Source: an uncultured archaeon (GTDB lineage Archaea; Asgardarchaeota; Thorarchaeia; Thorarchaeales; Thorarchaeaceae). From it: DNA of 32,000 bases. The stretch is from positions 76,811-108,810 of the forward strand of contig CAYHAA010000011.1 in the NCBI GenBank assembly GCA_964354495.1, read 5' to 3'. The notes beneath the pieces are model-generated. The model was given only the letters and a program-made list of their open reading frames with translations. It had not been told where the DNA came from and did no database searches. Positions 1-8,447 of the stretch are shown here, piece by piece. A program made the translations under genes and the position numbers. Position 1 is the first letter of the stretch; each line of letters starts with the position of its first letter.

Positions 1-249
1 GTCTCCTTGAACCTCGATATTGATTGGCTTGAATTCCACGACCTCTGTTCTTGTCACTTTGCATCCGAGAAAGTGCGAGGTTTCATGTAGCGCAACACCA
101 GGCCCGACCAACATGAACCATAGACGTGTTCCTGGTTTCTGCGTTGTTCTAAGCAGAACATGTGAGAGTCTCTCAAGCAGCCATCCTAGTCCCCAGACCA
201 GGAAGAATAGACCTACACCAAGTACCACAATCATGAAGTATGCGTTCAA
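1..249 (-). CDS. Membrane zinc metallopeptidase, M50/M50B-like (N-terminal part, runs off the window edge; absent from the ORF track)
   Basis: Manual translation from TTG 249 (or ATG 234): LNAYFMIVVLGVGLFFLVWGLGWLLERLSH...MLVGPGVALHETSHFLGCKVT... A hydrophobic N-terminus is followed by an HExxH motif in the PGxxLHExSH context. The frame is open to base 1. Confidence 0.7.
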   Translation of the reverse strand, partial: MNAYFMIVVLGVGLFFLVWGLGWLLERLSHVLLRTTQKPGTRLWFMLVGPGVALHETSHFLGCKVTRTEVVEFKPINIEVQGD

Positions 250-277
250 AGCGTGCTTTCCCCTGATTCTTGAAACC

Positions 278-769
278 CTATTTGTCTAGTCCAAGTTCTC
301 TACGTTTTTCTTCCCCAACACGCTCTATCTCACGCGCTTTCTGTTCTTCCATCTCTCTGGCTTTATCTTTCTTGGCTCTTTCGACAAGCTTCTCTTTTTC
401 CTTGTCGAGTTCACGGAAGCGTTTCTCCTTGACTTTCTCAGCGTCCTTAATGCGTGTCTTGAGAATCTCTATTGCTTTCTTCTTCTCCGATACAGTCTTG
501 TCTCTTCGCTTCAACTGATCTTCGTATTTCTTGTCTGCATCTCGCCATTCTTGCTCAACAGATTTCAGTCGACTTCTAAGAGACTCGTATGCCTCTCTCT
601 TTGAGCTCACTGCCGCTGCATGTGGTGCTAGCTCAGCGTCAAGTTTCGACTCAAGTCCCTCTAGTTCCATCTCTTCCCTTTGAAGGTCCGTCTTGAACGT
701 TCTAATATCGGCATCAATCTTCTCCACTTTTTTATCCTGCGAATATTCTGAATCGACCATAGCAATCAT
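278..769 (-). CDS. Highly charged coiled-coil protein of unknown function
   Basis: E/K/R-rich helical ORF (track 278..796). The start is more likely ATG 769 or 760 than GTG 796. It lies co-oriented between the HTH regulator and the peptidase. Confidence 0.72.
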   Translation of the reverse strand: MIAMVDSEYSQDKKVEKIDADIRTFKTDLQREEMELEGLESKLDAELAPHAAAVSSKREAYESLRSRLKSVEQEWRDADKKYEDQLKRRDKTVSEKKKAIEILKTRIKDAEKVKEKRFRELDKEKEKLVERAKKDKAREMEEQKAREIERVGEEKRRELGLDK

Positions 770-809
770 GCGACGATGAACACTGTGGTATTTCACCTTT
801 ACCCAAGTT

Positions 810-1466
810 TCACTCTAGCCTTCCTATGCCTGAGGAGAGGGCAAATTCCCTCATTATTGTCCTCTCGGCTCGTCTAAGACGTTCTTGAAAGGCTACTCGT
901 CTAATTCCGACACCATTCGCAAGTTGTTCGATTTCGCATTGGCGAGGTATCTCATAGTACCCCCTCATGTAGGCACTCCCGAATGCTTCCTCTTGCTTGC
1001 TCGTGAGCAACCAGGTACTCATTCTACTCGGATGTCTACGTATGCCCTCCAGTGCAACTGAGGTGAACCTGCTTCTGAGATTGTCATACAGTCTGGAGAA
1101 CTCCTCTTGTGATGGAGCGAGAATCGTATGTGTTTGCTTCCCATCTGCAATGATGATTGGAAGTCTTGTCATGCATCCGCTCTCCAACACAGTTTCGTGA
1201 ATCGACTTGTTTCGCATGTGATGAATCGCTCTTGTCCAGTACTGTGTTTCTGATCGATGAGAAATCTCAAACTTGCGAATGCTCTTCGAACGTTTCATGA
1301 ATTTGACATATTGCTTCAAAGGGGTTTCTGTGCCATCAAGTGATTCTATAATACCGAATCCCTCTGGTCCGTTGATCGCGATGAGACTTACCCTGACTGG
1401 AATGGCTCGAGTAATCTCACATGAATAGTAATTCTCTGATGCGATTCGGAGTACCGCCTCTATCAT
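810..1466 (-). CDS. Bacterio-opsin activator-type (HTH_10) transcriptional regulator
   Basis: C-terminal LTSKQEEAFGSAYMRGYYEIPRQCEIEQLANGVGI...FQERLRRAE matches the LTxxQ..A...GYY..PR..L...LRRAE pattern. Start placed at ATG 1466, with GGGTG 7 nt upstream. Confidence 0.85.
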   Translation of the reverse strand: MIEAVLRIASENYYSCEITRAIPVRVSLIAINGPEGFGIIESLDGTETPLKQYVKFMKRSKSIRKFEISHRSETQYWTRAIHHMRNKSIHETVLESGCMTRLPIIIADGKQTHTILAPSQEEFSRLYDNLRSRFTSVALEGIRRHPSRMSTWLLTSKQEEAFGSAYMRGYYEIPRQCEIEQLANGVGIRRVAFQERLRRAERTIMREFALSSGIGRLE

Positions 1467-1548
1467 AATTAAGCACCCGTCGTGTGACGGGTATAGGTAT
1501 ATCCCCACTTTAGGTTATCGATGAACCAAGATATTCTCGGAGCCACGA

Positions 1549-2493
1549 GTGTTGATTGAGTCTGGGCCTGAACCCAAGGAAGCGAATCCACGAGTTCGTC
1601 TGATTGCTGTCGTTGAGGCATGCTTTGTGGCTTTCCTTTGGTCCACTTCATGGGTAATCATAAAATTCGGGCTTGAAGAGATACCCCCTTTGATCTTCGC
1701 TGGACTCAGGTACTCCATTGCTTCTGTACTTCTACTAGTCGTGATTGGAGCTCGTTCTCACACCCGAGCATCCTTGCGAGGAAGGCCAAGAAGGTGGTGG
1801 CTAACTATGCTACTCTACGGAGCCATCTACATTGCAGCAACTCAGGGCACGCAGTTCTTGGCATTGAAGTATCTCCCTGCCATAACACTCGCTCTTCTGT
1901 TGAACCTCACGCCTATCTTCGTGTTAGCGATGGGGATTGCATGGCTCAGGGAAGTCCCATCCCCGCTTGAGTTCCTTTTTATCATGATTGGAATAGCTGG
2001 CGTTCTAATCTACTTCTACCCTTTAGATCTGGTTGAACTTTCTGCTATCGGGCTCTTAATTGGTATTATCAGTCTTGCCGCAAACTCAGTTTCGGCCATC
2101 ATAGGTCGAGCTGTCAATCGAGCACAGGATACGCCAGCCATCATCGTCACCGGAATTAGCATGACCATAGGTTCAGTGATGCTTCTGGCATTCGGGTTCG
2201 CATCTGAAACTACCAACGTCCTTTCCACGACATCTTGGCTGTCCATTCTTTGGTTGGCGGTCATCAACACCGCGGTGGCGTTCACACTTTGGAACAGGGC
2301 AATGCGGGAACTGAGAGCGATTGATACCACCCTCATGAACAGCACAATGATGCCGCAGATTGTCCTCCTATCAATTATGTTCTTGGGCGAGTTCCCCGAT
2401 TTCACAGGTTGGATAGGTCTCATACTCCTAACCATAGGAGTAACTGCTGTACAGATTCTTCAGGTCAAACGAAAAGGCGACAAGACTGATTAG
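1549..2493 (+). CDS. EamA/DMT family transporter
   Basis: About 10 hydrophobic helices in two repeats. Typical WSTSWVIIK...PPL.FAGLRY start and LGE motif near the C-terminus. Confidence 0.9.
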   Translation: MLIESGPEPKEANPRVRLIAVVEACFVAFLWSTSWVIIKFGLEEIPPLIFAGLRYSIASVLLLVVIGARSHTRASLRGRPRRWWLTMLLYGAIYIAATQGTQFLALKYLPAITLALLLNLTPIFVLAMGIAWLREVPSPLEFLFIMIGIAGVLIYFYPLDLVELSAIGLLIGIISLAANSVSAIIGRAVNRAQDTPAIIVTGISMTIGSVMLLAFGFASETTNVLSTTSWLSILWLAVINTAVAFTLWNRAMRELRAIDTTLMNSTMMPQIVLLSIMFLGEFPDFTGWIGLILLTIGVTAVQILQVKRKGDKTD

Positions 2494-2670
2494 CACCGAT
2501 TATACAGCTGAAGTTAGAATGACGTCACGAATAGGGTCATTCGGAGCAGTAAATCATCAATGCTCGTCATCTACTTCTCCATCATACGGTCTAGACCGTC
2601 GCAGAACTGTGCCTTTCCCCCTTGAGAAAGACTAAAGTGTCACTTTTCCCCTCCTAATCTTGAAGGGACC

Positions 2671-3198
2671 ATGCTTTTGGAGTACAGCAAGCTCAAAGAA
2701 ACAGAGCTGTTTTCATTCTTCAACTTCACAGAGATTGGACGTAAGCCTCAATCCAGCGGCATGATGGAAATTCATCTGAAACCTGGTGGTTTTCAGGAAT
2801 TCATAGATGTTGCAATGAAAGTTGACAGATCAGAAGGAGTCCATGAAGGCACACTTGTTCTCGATCGGGAATGGATTGGCGGACCCATGACCATCAATCC
2901 CTTTGGCAAGGATTTAGCCAAGAGCTTTGTCGAAGCAGTGACGCATCCGGTTGACAAAGAAAAGGCAAGCTCAGTGATCTCTACGATTTGGGGTCTTTCG
3001 GGTTCGGCAGACAAAATCCTCTATCTGAGTGAGAAACCAGAGGCTGAGCAAGAGCAAATTGAGAATCTGGCCAACGTGTACTTTGGCGTGGAGAAGTGCT
3101 TTTCCTTAGAACTCGACAAATGCAGGATTCTCATAGAGAATATTCGTGATGTTGGCCGCTCACGACTTCGCATAGTGATTACTTCTCTGGAGAAATGA
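2671..3198 (+). CDS. Hypothetical protein
   Basis: 175-aa ATG-started ORF with globular composition filling the gap. No motif recognised. Confidence 0.75.
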   Translation: MLLEYSKLKETELFSFFNFTEIGRKPQSSGMMEIHLKPGGFQEFIDVAMKVDRSEGVHEGTLVLDREWIGGPMTINPFGKDLAKSFVEAVTHPVDKEKASSVISTIWGLSGSADKILYLSEKPEAEQEQIENLANVYFGVEKCFSLELDKCRILIENIRDVGRSRLRIVITSLEK

Positions 3199-3207
3199 GA
3201 GAAGCAG

Positions 3208-3489
3208 TTACTTACTCAATGAAGCTTTTTCGATTGCTTTAGCAATATCCACACTGGTCGCACCGATGAGAACTGCTTTGTGCTCATCAAGGACGCTCTG
3301 GATTTTCGAGGACAGAATCTGAACATCCACACTGCAGCCAACTATCTTGTCTTCTATTGCTTCAATGGTTGATTCCGGGTGAAGAAAGAAATCGCCTAGT
3401 ATTGTTATCGACTTGATCATCTTGCCCTCTAGGTTCATCTTGATTCTCAACATCTTTCCTCCTTGGACTTTGTAGTCAGCGATTTTCAT
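3208..3489 (-). CDS. lplB: Lipoate-protein ligase accessory subunit (stand-alone C-terminal domain, LplB-like)
   Basis: K..GGK.LRI...I.GDFFLHPE..IE.IE pattern of the LplA C-terminal domain, 6 nt downstream of the catalytic subunit. Confidence 0.85.
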   Translation of the reverse strand: MKIADYKVQGGKMLRIKMNLEGKMIKSITILGDFFLHPESTIEAIEDKIVGCSVDVQILSSKIQSVLDEHKAVLIGATSVDIAKAIEKASLSK

Positions 3490-3495
3490 GAAAGT

Positions 3496-4263
3496 TCACC
3501 TCTTGAAGTTCCATTCTCGAGTTGAGTATTTTTCTACAACCAGACGACTGGCTGTGTCCCGTTCGTTCTTGGTGAGATGTCCTCGAACCAGTTCTATGCC
3601 TAATGCCTCCGAGAAACCAGTCTGCAATGCGTTTCTAAGTTCATTCATTGAAACTTTTCTACCTAGAACCTCTCTGATTGAGGTCACACGTTGCTTTACG
3701 TCTGCTATCATCTTGTCAGAGATCTTTTCCTTGGGAACCTTCAAGGCTTGAAACATCATGTTGACATCTAGGTCTAGCAGTACTGTTCCATGTTGAAGTA
3801 TGCAGGAATGCCGCCTCGTTTGAGCATTACCTGACACTTTCTTTCCCCCTACTGTGACATCATTGATCGGCATGAATTCCGACTTGATACCCAAGTGGTC
3901 AAGTCCAGAAATTAGACCGTTGCAGAGGATTCGATAGGAGTCATTTATGTCATCTGGTCCCAGTCTGTGTTCTCTGGGAATAATGATACTATACGTGATT
4001 TCTCCCGCACAATCGTGATAGACTGCCCCGCCGCCCGTTATCCTACGAATAACATCAATGTTCTGAGAATGACAGAATTGTGTATCCACCTCATCCATCA
4101 TGCCCTGAAAAGTACCAATCGATACTGCAGAAGGAGACCATCGGTAGAGTCGTAGCGTTGGTCCTGCGTTGCCATCTTTCATGCAGAGCATGACTGCTTC
4201 ATCAATAGCCATATTCTCAAAGGCTGTATGTGCTTTTAGGTCGATGAATCGGAACTCCTCCAT
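3496..4263 (-). CDS. lplA: Lipoate-protein ligase catalytic subunit
   Basis: NMAIDEA, LRLYRW.P.AVSIG.FQ, RRITGGGAVYHD, KKVSGNAQ and QHGT motifs of the BPL/LplA/LipB family. Confidence 0.92.
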   Translation of the reverse strand: MEEFRFIDLKAHTAFENMAIDEAVMLCMKDGNAGPTLRLYRWSPSAVSIGTFQGMMDEVDTQFCHSQNIDVIRRITGGGAVYHDCAGEITYSIIIPREHRLGPDDINDSYRILCNGLISGLDHLGIKSEFMPINDVTVGGKKVSGNAQTRRHSCILQHGTVLLDLDVNMMFQALKVPKEKISDKMIADVKQRVTSIREVLGRKVSMNELRNALQTGFSEALGIELVRGHLTKNERDTASRLVVEKYSTREWNFKR

Positions 4264-4266
4264 AGC

Positions 4267-5250
4267 TCACACCAGCTGGGTCTCTTGAATTGCAGCAAGG
4301 ATTTCCTTCTTGTTCAATGGTCTTGGATAGTTATACATTGGACCTTGAGGTCTCTCGTTATAATATGGCCGGTTGCATCCTTCGCATCCCGTCACCTGAA
4401 ACGCCTCTCCGGAAGACAAAGCGCTAGTCATCGATTTGTGTTCGATATCTATCGTCAGTCTTCCGTTGTCATCTTTTCCGATTTGTTTGGAGCTAAGGCC
4501 TCCTTTGGAGGCGAGATGTCTGACGACTTGGATTCTTCTGTACGAGGACAGAGATGGAGGTTCGGCTCTCTCTAGGGAAGTACCTCTGATGCTTGTGAAT
4601 GCAAAGAGGCCCACACCAATCCCCATTTTGTACATCAGCAGGATGAAATCCGCTGCCTCTTTCTCAGTTTCCCCCAGACCAATGATGAGATGTGTTGTAA
4701 CATTCCCCTTACCAAAGACCTCTAGTGCCTCTCGTAGAGCATTAACATGGCGATCCCATCGATAAGGAGTGCCACGCCTTTCACCCTTTATTTCTTCGAA
4801 GAGTGACGGGGTACTCGCATCAAGTGCAATCCCGATATTCGTTACGCCAGCCTCTCTCAGTCTGTTGAGGTCATCTCTATCCACAGGATGAATTGCCACT
4901 GATATCGGGAGCTTGGTCAACTCACGTAGTCTTCCCACAATATCGACTACATCGTCCACGACAGATGCATAGCAGATGGTCTGAATACAAACACGTCTGA
5001 ACTGACTGCGTTCGGGCCAGGCTCTCGTGACTTCATTGATATTATAATCCGGCCAAGATATTCTGGATAATCTATCCGATGCAGAAGAGCTGTCCCTAGC
5101 TTGAGGGCAAAACGCGCAGTTCGATTCGCATTTGCCATCACGATAGGTCATCAGAAAGGCAGTTGTGAAATATGGGTTTGAAGTACCTGTTTCTAGTCCA
5201 AACTCGATAGCTGTTCCTATCGATAGACGCACTCTCTCAACCACTGGCAT
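4267..5250 (-). CDS. lipS2: Radical SAM protein, LipS2-type archaeal lipoyl synthase subunit
   Basis: CxxxCxxC (CESNCAFC) plus C-terminal TGCEGCNRPYYNERP, resembling the TxGCPxC(N/D)RP motif described for LipS2. Directly upstream of lplA. Confidence 0.78.
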   Translation of the reverse strand: MPVVERVRLSIGTAIEFGLETGTSNPYFTTAFLMTYRDGKCESNCAFCPQARDSSSASDRLSRISWPDYNINEVTRAWPERSQFRRVCIQTICYASVVDDVVDIVGRLRELTKLPISVAIHPVDRDDLNRLREAGVTNIGIALDASTPSLFEEIKGERRGTPYRWDRHVNALREALEVFGKGNVTTHLIIGLGETEKEAADFILLMYKMGIGVGLFAFTSIRGTSLERAEPPSLSSYRRIQVVRHLASKGGLSSKQIGKDDNGRLTIDIEHKSMTSALSSGEAFQVTGCEGCNRPYYNERPQGPMYNYPRPLNKKEILAAIQETQLV

Positions 5251-6236
5251 CAACTCTCATGACGATCTTCATGCCTTGTCCGATCTCGCACAGGCTCTAT
5301 TTCTAGTATGCCGGTATTATCGTCTTCAAGGAGGTGTCTGAAACCCCCATAACGTTTTGGAATAAGGATGAGTTGAGGCATGCCCCTCCTCTTGTACTGA
5401 GGCGGATAGAGGAAACAGGACAATCCACGCAACTCAATTCCGTCAAACGAAGTCCTTATTGAAGGCCCTCTTCTGAAGTAGGTGACTCGGCCCCGACTAG
5501 ATGCAGCAGTACCTACTTGGTTGTTCCCTACACAGACAGCCTCCCCGGCATCTATGCTGTTTCTGCCCAGGACACCACCGTGCTGGTAATGGGACAGCCC
5601 TCCATCGATGATGCCCATTGCGGAGCCGCTTGCATCTTGCGCGGATAGACCACTGAGATCACCAATCTCTGTGTGAATGTCTTGTTGAGGATATCCAATG
5701 GCATGGCCATCAGTGACCTCTGTGATTATCATCTCTATGTTTGATGGAGCAGTGCCTACTCGATGAGGCTCAATCTCCATTCGGACGTCAAGAAGTATTG
5801 ATTTGCTCGAGCGTGTGAAGTTGCTTGCTGCCATGGATTCGACGTGATAATGCGGACCCGTCCAATAGTTGAAGTATCGAGACCGAATCGTGCGCCCGAT
5901 TTCGTCTCCCTCGTCGACCTTGTTACCTTCACGAACTGCAGGCGCAACATGCATTACTCGCACGATATCCGATTCTGCATTCTCTGGTGCGAGCGCAATA
6001 CCGTAATCGAAATCGTCTGTAGGAAATGGCTTGATACTTCCCATGTGTAGCTTCTTGATCCTTATTACTCGACCTGAAACAGGAGCTAGGACAGGACCAC
6101 CCCATTCCTGATGTCGAGGATAGATATCGACAGCAGTTCCAAGACCATGTCCAATGTATGGGCTATTGAAATAGGAGAAGTACGCATCATCTGGAGCTCG
6201 TATCTCCATTCCCTTCGCGGCTGCAACAATGCGCAT
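5250..6236 (-). CDS. Conserved archaeal protein with M23/LytM-like metallopeptidase features
   Basis: H(x6)D in YIGHGLGTAVDIYP, APVSGRV, MHV...V.EG..V..GD.IG and GPHYHVE (HxH). Start at ATG 6236 (GAGGAG upstream) or 6275. Its TGA overlaps the lipS2 ATG (TGATG). Confidence 0.6.
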   Translation of the reverse strand: MRIVAAAKGMEIRAPDDAYFSYFNSPYIGHGLGTAVDIYPRHQEWGGPVLAPVSGRVIRIKKLHMGSIKPFPTDDFDYGIALAPENAESDIVRVMHVAPAVREGNKVDEGDEIGRTIRSRYFNYWTGPHYHVESMAASNFTRSSKSILLDVRMEIEPHRVGTAPSNIEMIITEVTDGHAIGYPQQDIHTEIGDLSGLSAQDASGSAMGIIDGGLSHYQHGGVLGRNSIDAGEAVCVGNNQVGTAASSRGRVTYFRRGPSIRTSFDGIELRGLSCFLYPPQYKRRGMPQLILIPKRYGGFRHLLEDDNTGILEIEPVRDRTRHEDRHES

Positions 6237-6310
6237 CAGATGCGTCTCCTCATTCCTAGCTGGCGAGAGATCCATGCATGCCCAATCGATATGAGTATGC
6301 CGTCTACCTC

Positions 6311-7681
6311 CTAAATGACTCTGGCTGCATCATAGAGGAGCGCTACCCTCCCTTTCCATGCTGAAAGTCCTCTTGGAGAATCAGGATATTGTGCGTAGAG
6401 CGCCCGAATATCATTCATCAATTTGGCAACCTTGGATACACGAAGCAAGAGGGGCACTTTCCCAAAACCAGCGACCAACCGCTTGAACTTCTCACCCGCA
6501 CCGAACTTAACTTCTCCAGTCATTGATGTGTCGAGGAGGTCGCTTGCCTTGATTATTCGCTTCTTGAAAGCAAAGTCAATGTCCTCATTTGTGACATTAA
6601 GCAAGAACCACCTGAATATATCCAAGGCTGCTTGCTTGGAACCATAGCTCTTGTGATATCTGGGATTGTATGCCCAGAGCGACTCAATTGAAGTATCATT
6701 TCCTTCTATGGCCTCTGAAGCTGTAATCCCTGCGTGTGCGCCTCCAAGCATCGAAGATCCTATGCCACCTCCATGTACCGGATTGACCTGGCACGCTGCA
6801 TCTCCGACAAGCATGAAGTTGTCATCGACCATCGTATCAATCGGTCTACGAATCGGGGCGACTCCACCACCACTGTCAAGGACCCTGATCTCTCCCCACA
6901 TATCCATCCATATCTTCTTGACGAAATCGTATTGAATGTCCTTCGGATTGCGGTGACCATCTATGGTCATAACGCCATTTCCGACGTTGACCCGATTTCT
7001 ACCCTGAGGGAAGACCCATGTGTAGCCGCCTAGTGTTTCTTGCTGGTTCCAAAATATCTCGAGTATATCGGGGGTTTCAAAGTCGAAGTCAGGAGTTTCA
7101 TAGATGTCTCTCCAAGCAACCATCCTGTCTTCATTCGCAATCTCCCTTTCTACTGGCGAAGATTCCGGCATTTGTCTTCTTAGCAGCCCTGAAGCTCCAG
7201 TGGCATCAACAACAATGCGGGATGTGAATTCCTTCTCTGATTCTCCCTCTCTCGTAGCCCTTAAACCTGAAACCTTGCCACCCTTGAAAAGCAGCTTATT
7301 GACACGAGTACATGACATGACCTCAGCTCCTGCACTCTCAGCAAGGCCAACAAACCATTGTCCCATCTTGAGCCTGTTGAATGACATACCTACCGTTGTG
7401 GGTCCTGCCATTCGCATTCTGTGGTCTCTATCTGGAGCAATGAGATCAATTCCGTTCACCTCGTATTCGACAATGTCCTTGGGGAGTTCAGGTATACCAA
7501 CTAGTTCCCTGAGTTCATGAATGTGATGAGACCCTAGAGCATCGCCACAAGTCTTCTTCCCTATACTATCACGTTCCTTTTTGTCAATAAGCAGAACTGT
7601 GTGTCCTCTCTTGGCTAGGGTATATGCAGTCGTTGCGCCCCCGGTACCGGCGCCTGCTACAATTACGTCATAGTCAAACAT
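6311..7681 (-). CDS. Geranylgeranyl reductase (digeranylgeranylglycerophospholipid reductase), Sulfolobus type
   Basis: FAD-binding GAGTGG, IGKKTCGDA, GGYTWVFP, GDAA..VNPVHGGGIG, YG.KQA.LDIFR and YP.SP motifs closely follow the Sulfolobus acidocaldarius GGR as I recall it. Start at ATG 7681. Confidence 0.88.
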   Translation of the reverse strand: MFDYDVIVAGAGTGGATTAYTLAKRGHTVLLIDKKERDSIGKKTCGDALGSHHIHELRELVGIPELPKDIVEYEVNGIDLIAPDRDHRMRMAGPTTVGMSFNRLKMGQWFVGLAESAGAEVMSCTRVNKLLFKGGKVSGLRATREGESEKEFTSRIVVDATGASGLLRRQMPESSPVEREIANEDRMVAWRDIYETPDFDFETPDILEIFWNQQETLGGYTWVFPQGRNRVNVGNGVMTIDGHRNPKDIQYDFVKKIWMDMWGEIRVLDSGGGVAPIRRPIDTMVDDNFMLVGDAACQVNPVHGGGIGSSMLGGAHAGITASEAIEGNDTSIESLWAYNPRYHKSYGSKQAALDIFRWFLLNVTNEDIDFAFKKRIIKASDLLDTSMTGEVKFGAGEKFKRLVAGFGKVPLLLRVSKVAKLMNDIRALYAQYPDSPRGLSAWKGRVALLYDAARVI

Positions 7682-7683
7682 AG

Positions 7684-8418
7684 CTATTCCTTCCTTGATG
7701 ACTTCCAACTCTGTTCCAGAAACCCTTCAAGCTGCGTTGAGATTAGAGCATTATCGGCCCAACCGCACACTGTTAAATCAGGCATTGAGATTAATGCTTC
7801 TATTGAATCTATCACCAAATCAACCGCGTGAGTATCTGTTCTTGTCCGATACTGTATTCCTAGTTGTGAGGTATCCGGTCTTCTTCCCAGTATTGCTCGA
7901 ATCTTGACTCTTCGCTCCCTCGCCTCTAGAAGTTTTTCATGAACCATCATACCCAGAGAGTCAAGGTCCGGAGCAACAAGGAATATCGATTTCTCCGCTC
8001 TGCCAATCATAGCGATTATTTTCGCAAGGACGTCTGTGCTGCCTCTAATAGTATAGATAAGGGCAGGTATCGTAATTCTTGATATGCTTGATTCTTGTAG
8101 GTATTTCAAATCCTGAAGAAGCTGCGCTATCTTGGAAGAAAACATCTCCTCAATATGAGCGAGGGGCGCAAATTGGTACACCTTCGGTCTACCTTGCTGA
8201 AGAACGACTAGCCCTCTCCCAATTAGTGTGTCAAGAACAGCATACAGATTAGCATGATGTATGCCCGTTTCTGCGTAAATATCAGCAACGGTTGCTGGTT
8301 TTTGACCGATTAACGCCAGAATCACTGCAGTTTCATGAGCACCAAAGCCCAATTCTCGCAAACACGAACTTGCTCGCGTCCTGATCTCATCAGCAGTCGT
8401 ATCACTTGAAGTGGCCAT
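7684..8418 (-). CDS. TrmB family transcriptional regulator
   Basis: N-terminal wHTH (LGF...E..V...L..ATV.DI...TGI....LY.VL..L..RGLV...GRP..Y) followed by a PLD-like effector domain (A.KSI.L, RGV.IR-like RRVKIR). Confidence 0.85.
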   Translation of the reverse strand: MATSSDTTADEIRTRASSCLRELGFGAHETAVILALIGQKPATVADIYAETGIHHANLYAVLDTLIGRGLVVLQQGRPKVYQFAPLAHIEEMFSSKIAQLLQDLKYLQESSISRITIPALIYTIRGSTDVLAKIIAMIGRAEKSIFLVAPDLDSLGMMVHEKLLEARERRVKIRAILGRRPDTSQLGIQYRTRTDTHAVDLVIDSIEALISMPDLTVCGWADNALISTQLEGFLEQSWKSSRKE

Positions 8419-8447
8419 AATCTCTCTTTTTGAGTAGTTTTTGCTAC

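Noticed and set aside
278-769. ESCRT-III/Snf7 or PspA identity for the coiled-coil protein
   Set aside because: It lacks the basic-N/acidic-C polarity and any recognisable family motif. Charge is mixed throughout.
2510-2590. C/D box sRNA on the minus strand (TGATGA at 2559..2554)
   Set aside because: No CTGA D box, and candidate guide spacings are 8-9 nt rather than about 12.
6683-6693. CTCAATTGAAG as a third copy of the TTCAATTGAA motif
   Set aside because: Imperfect and inside the GGR coding sequence.
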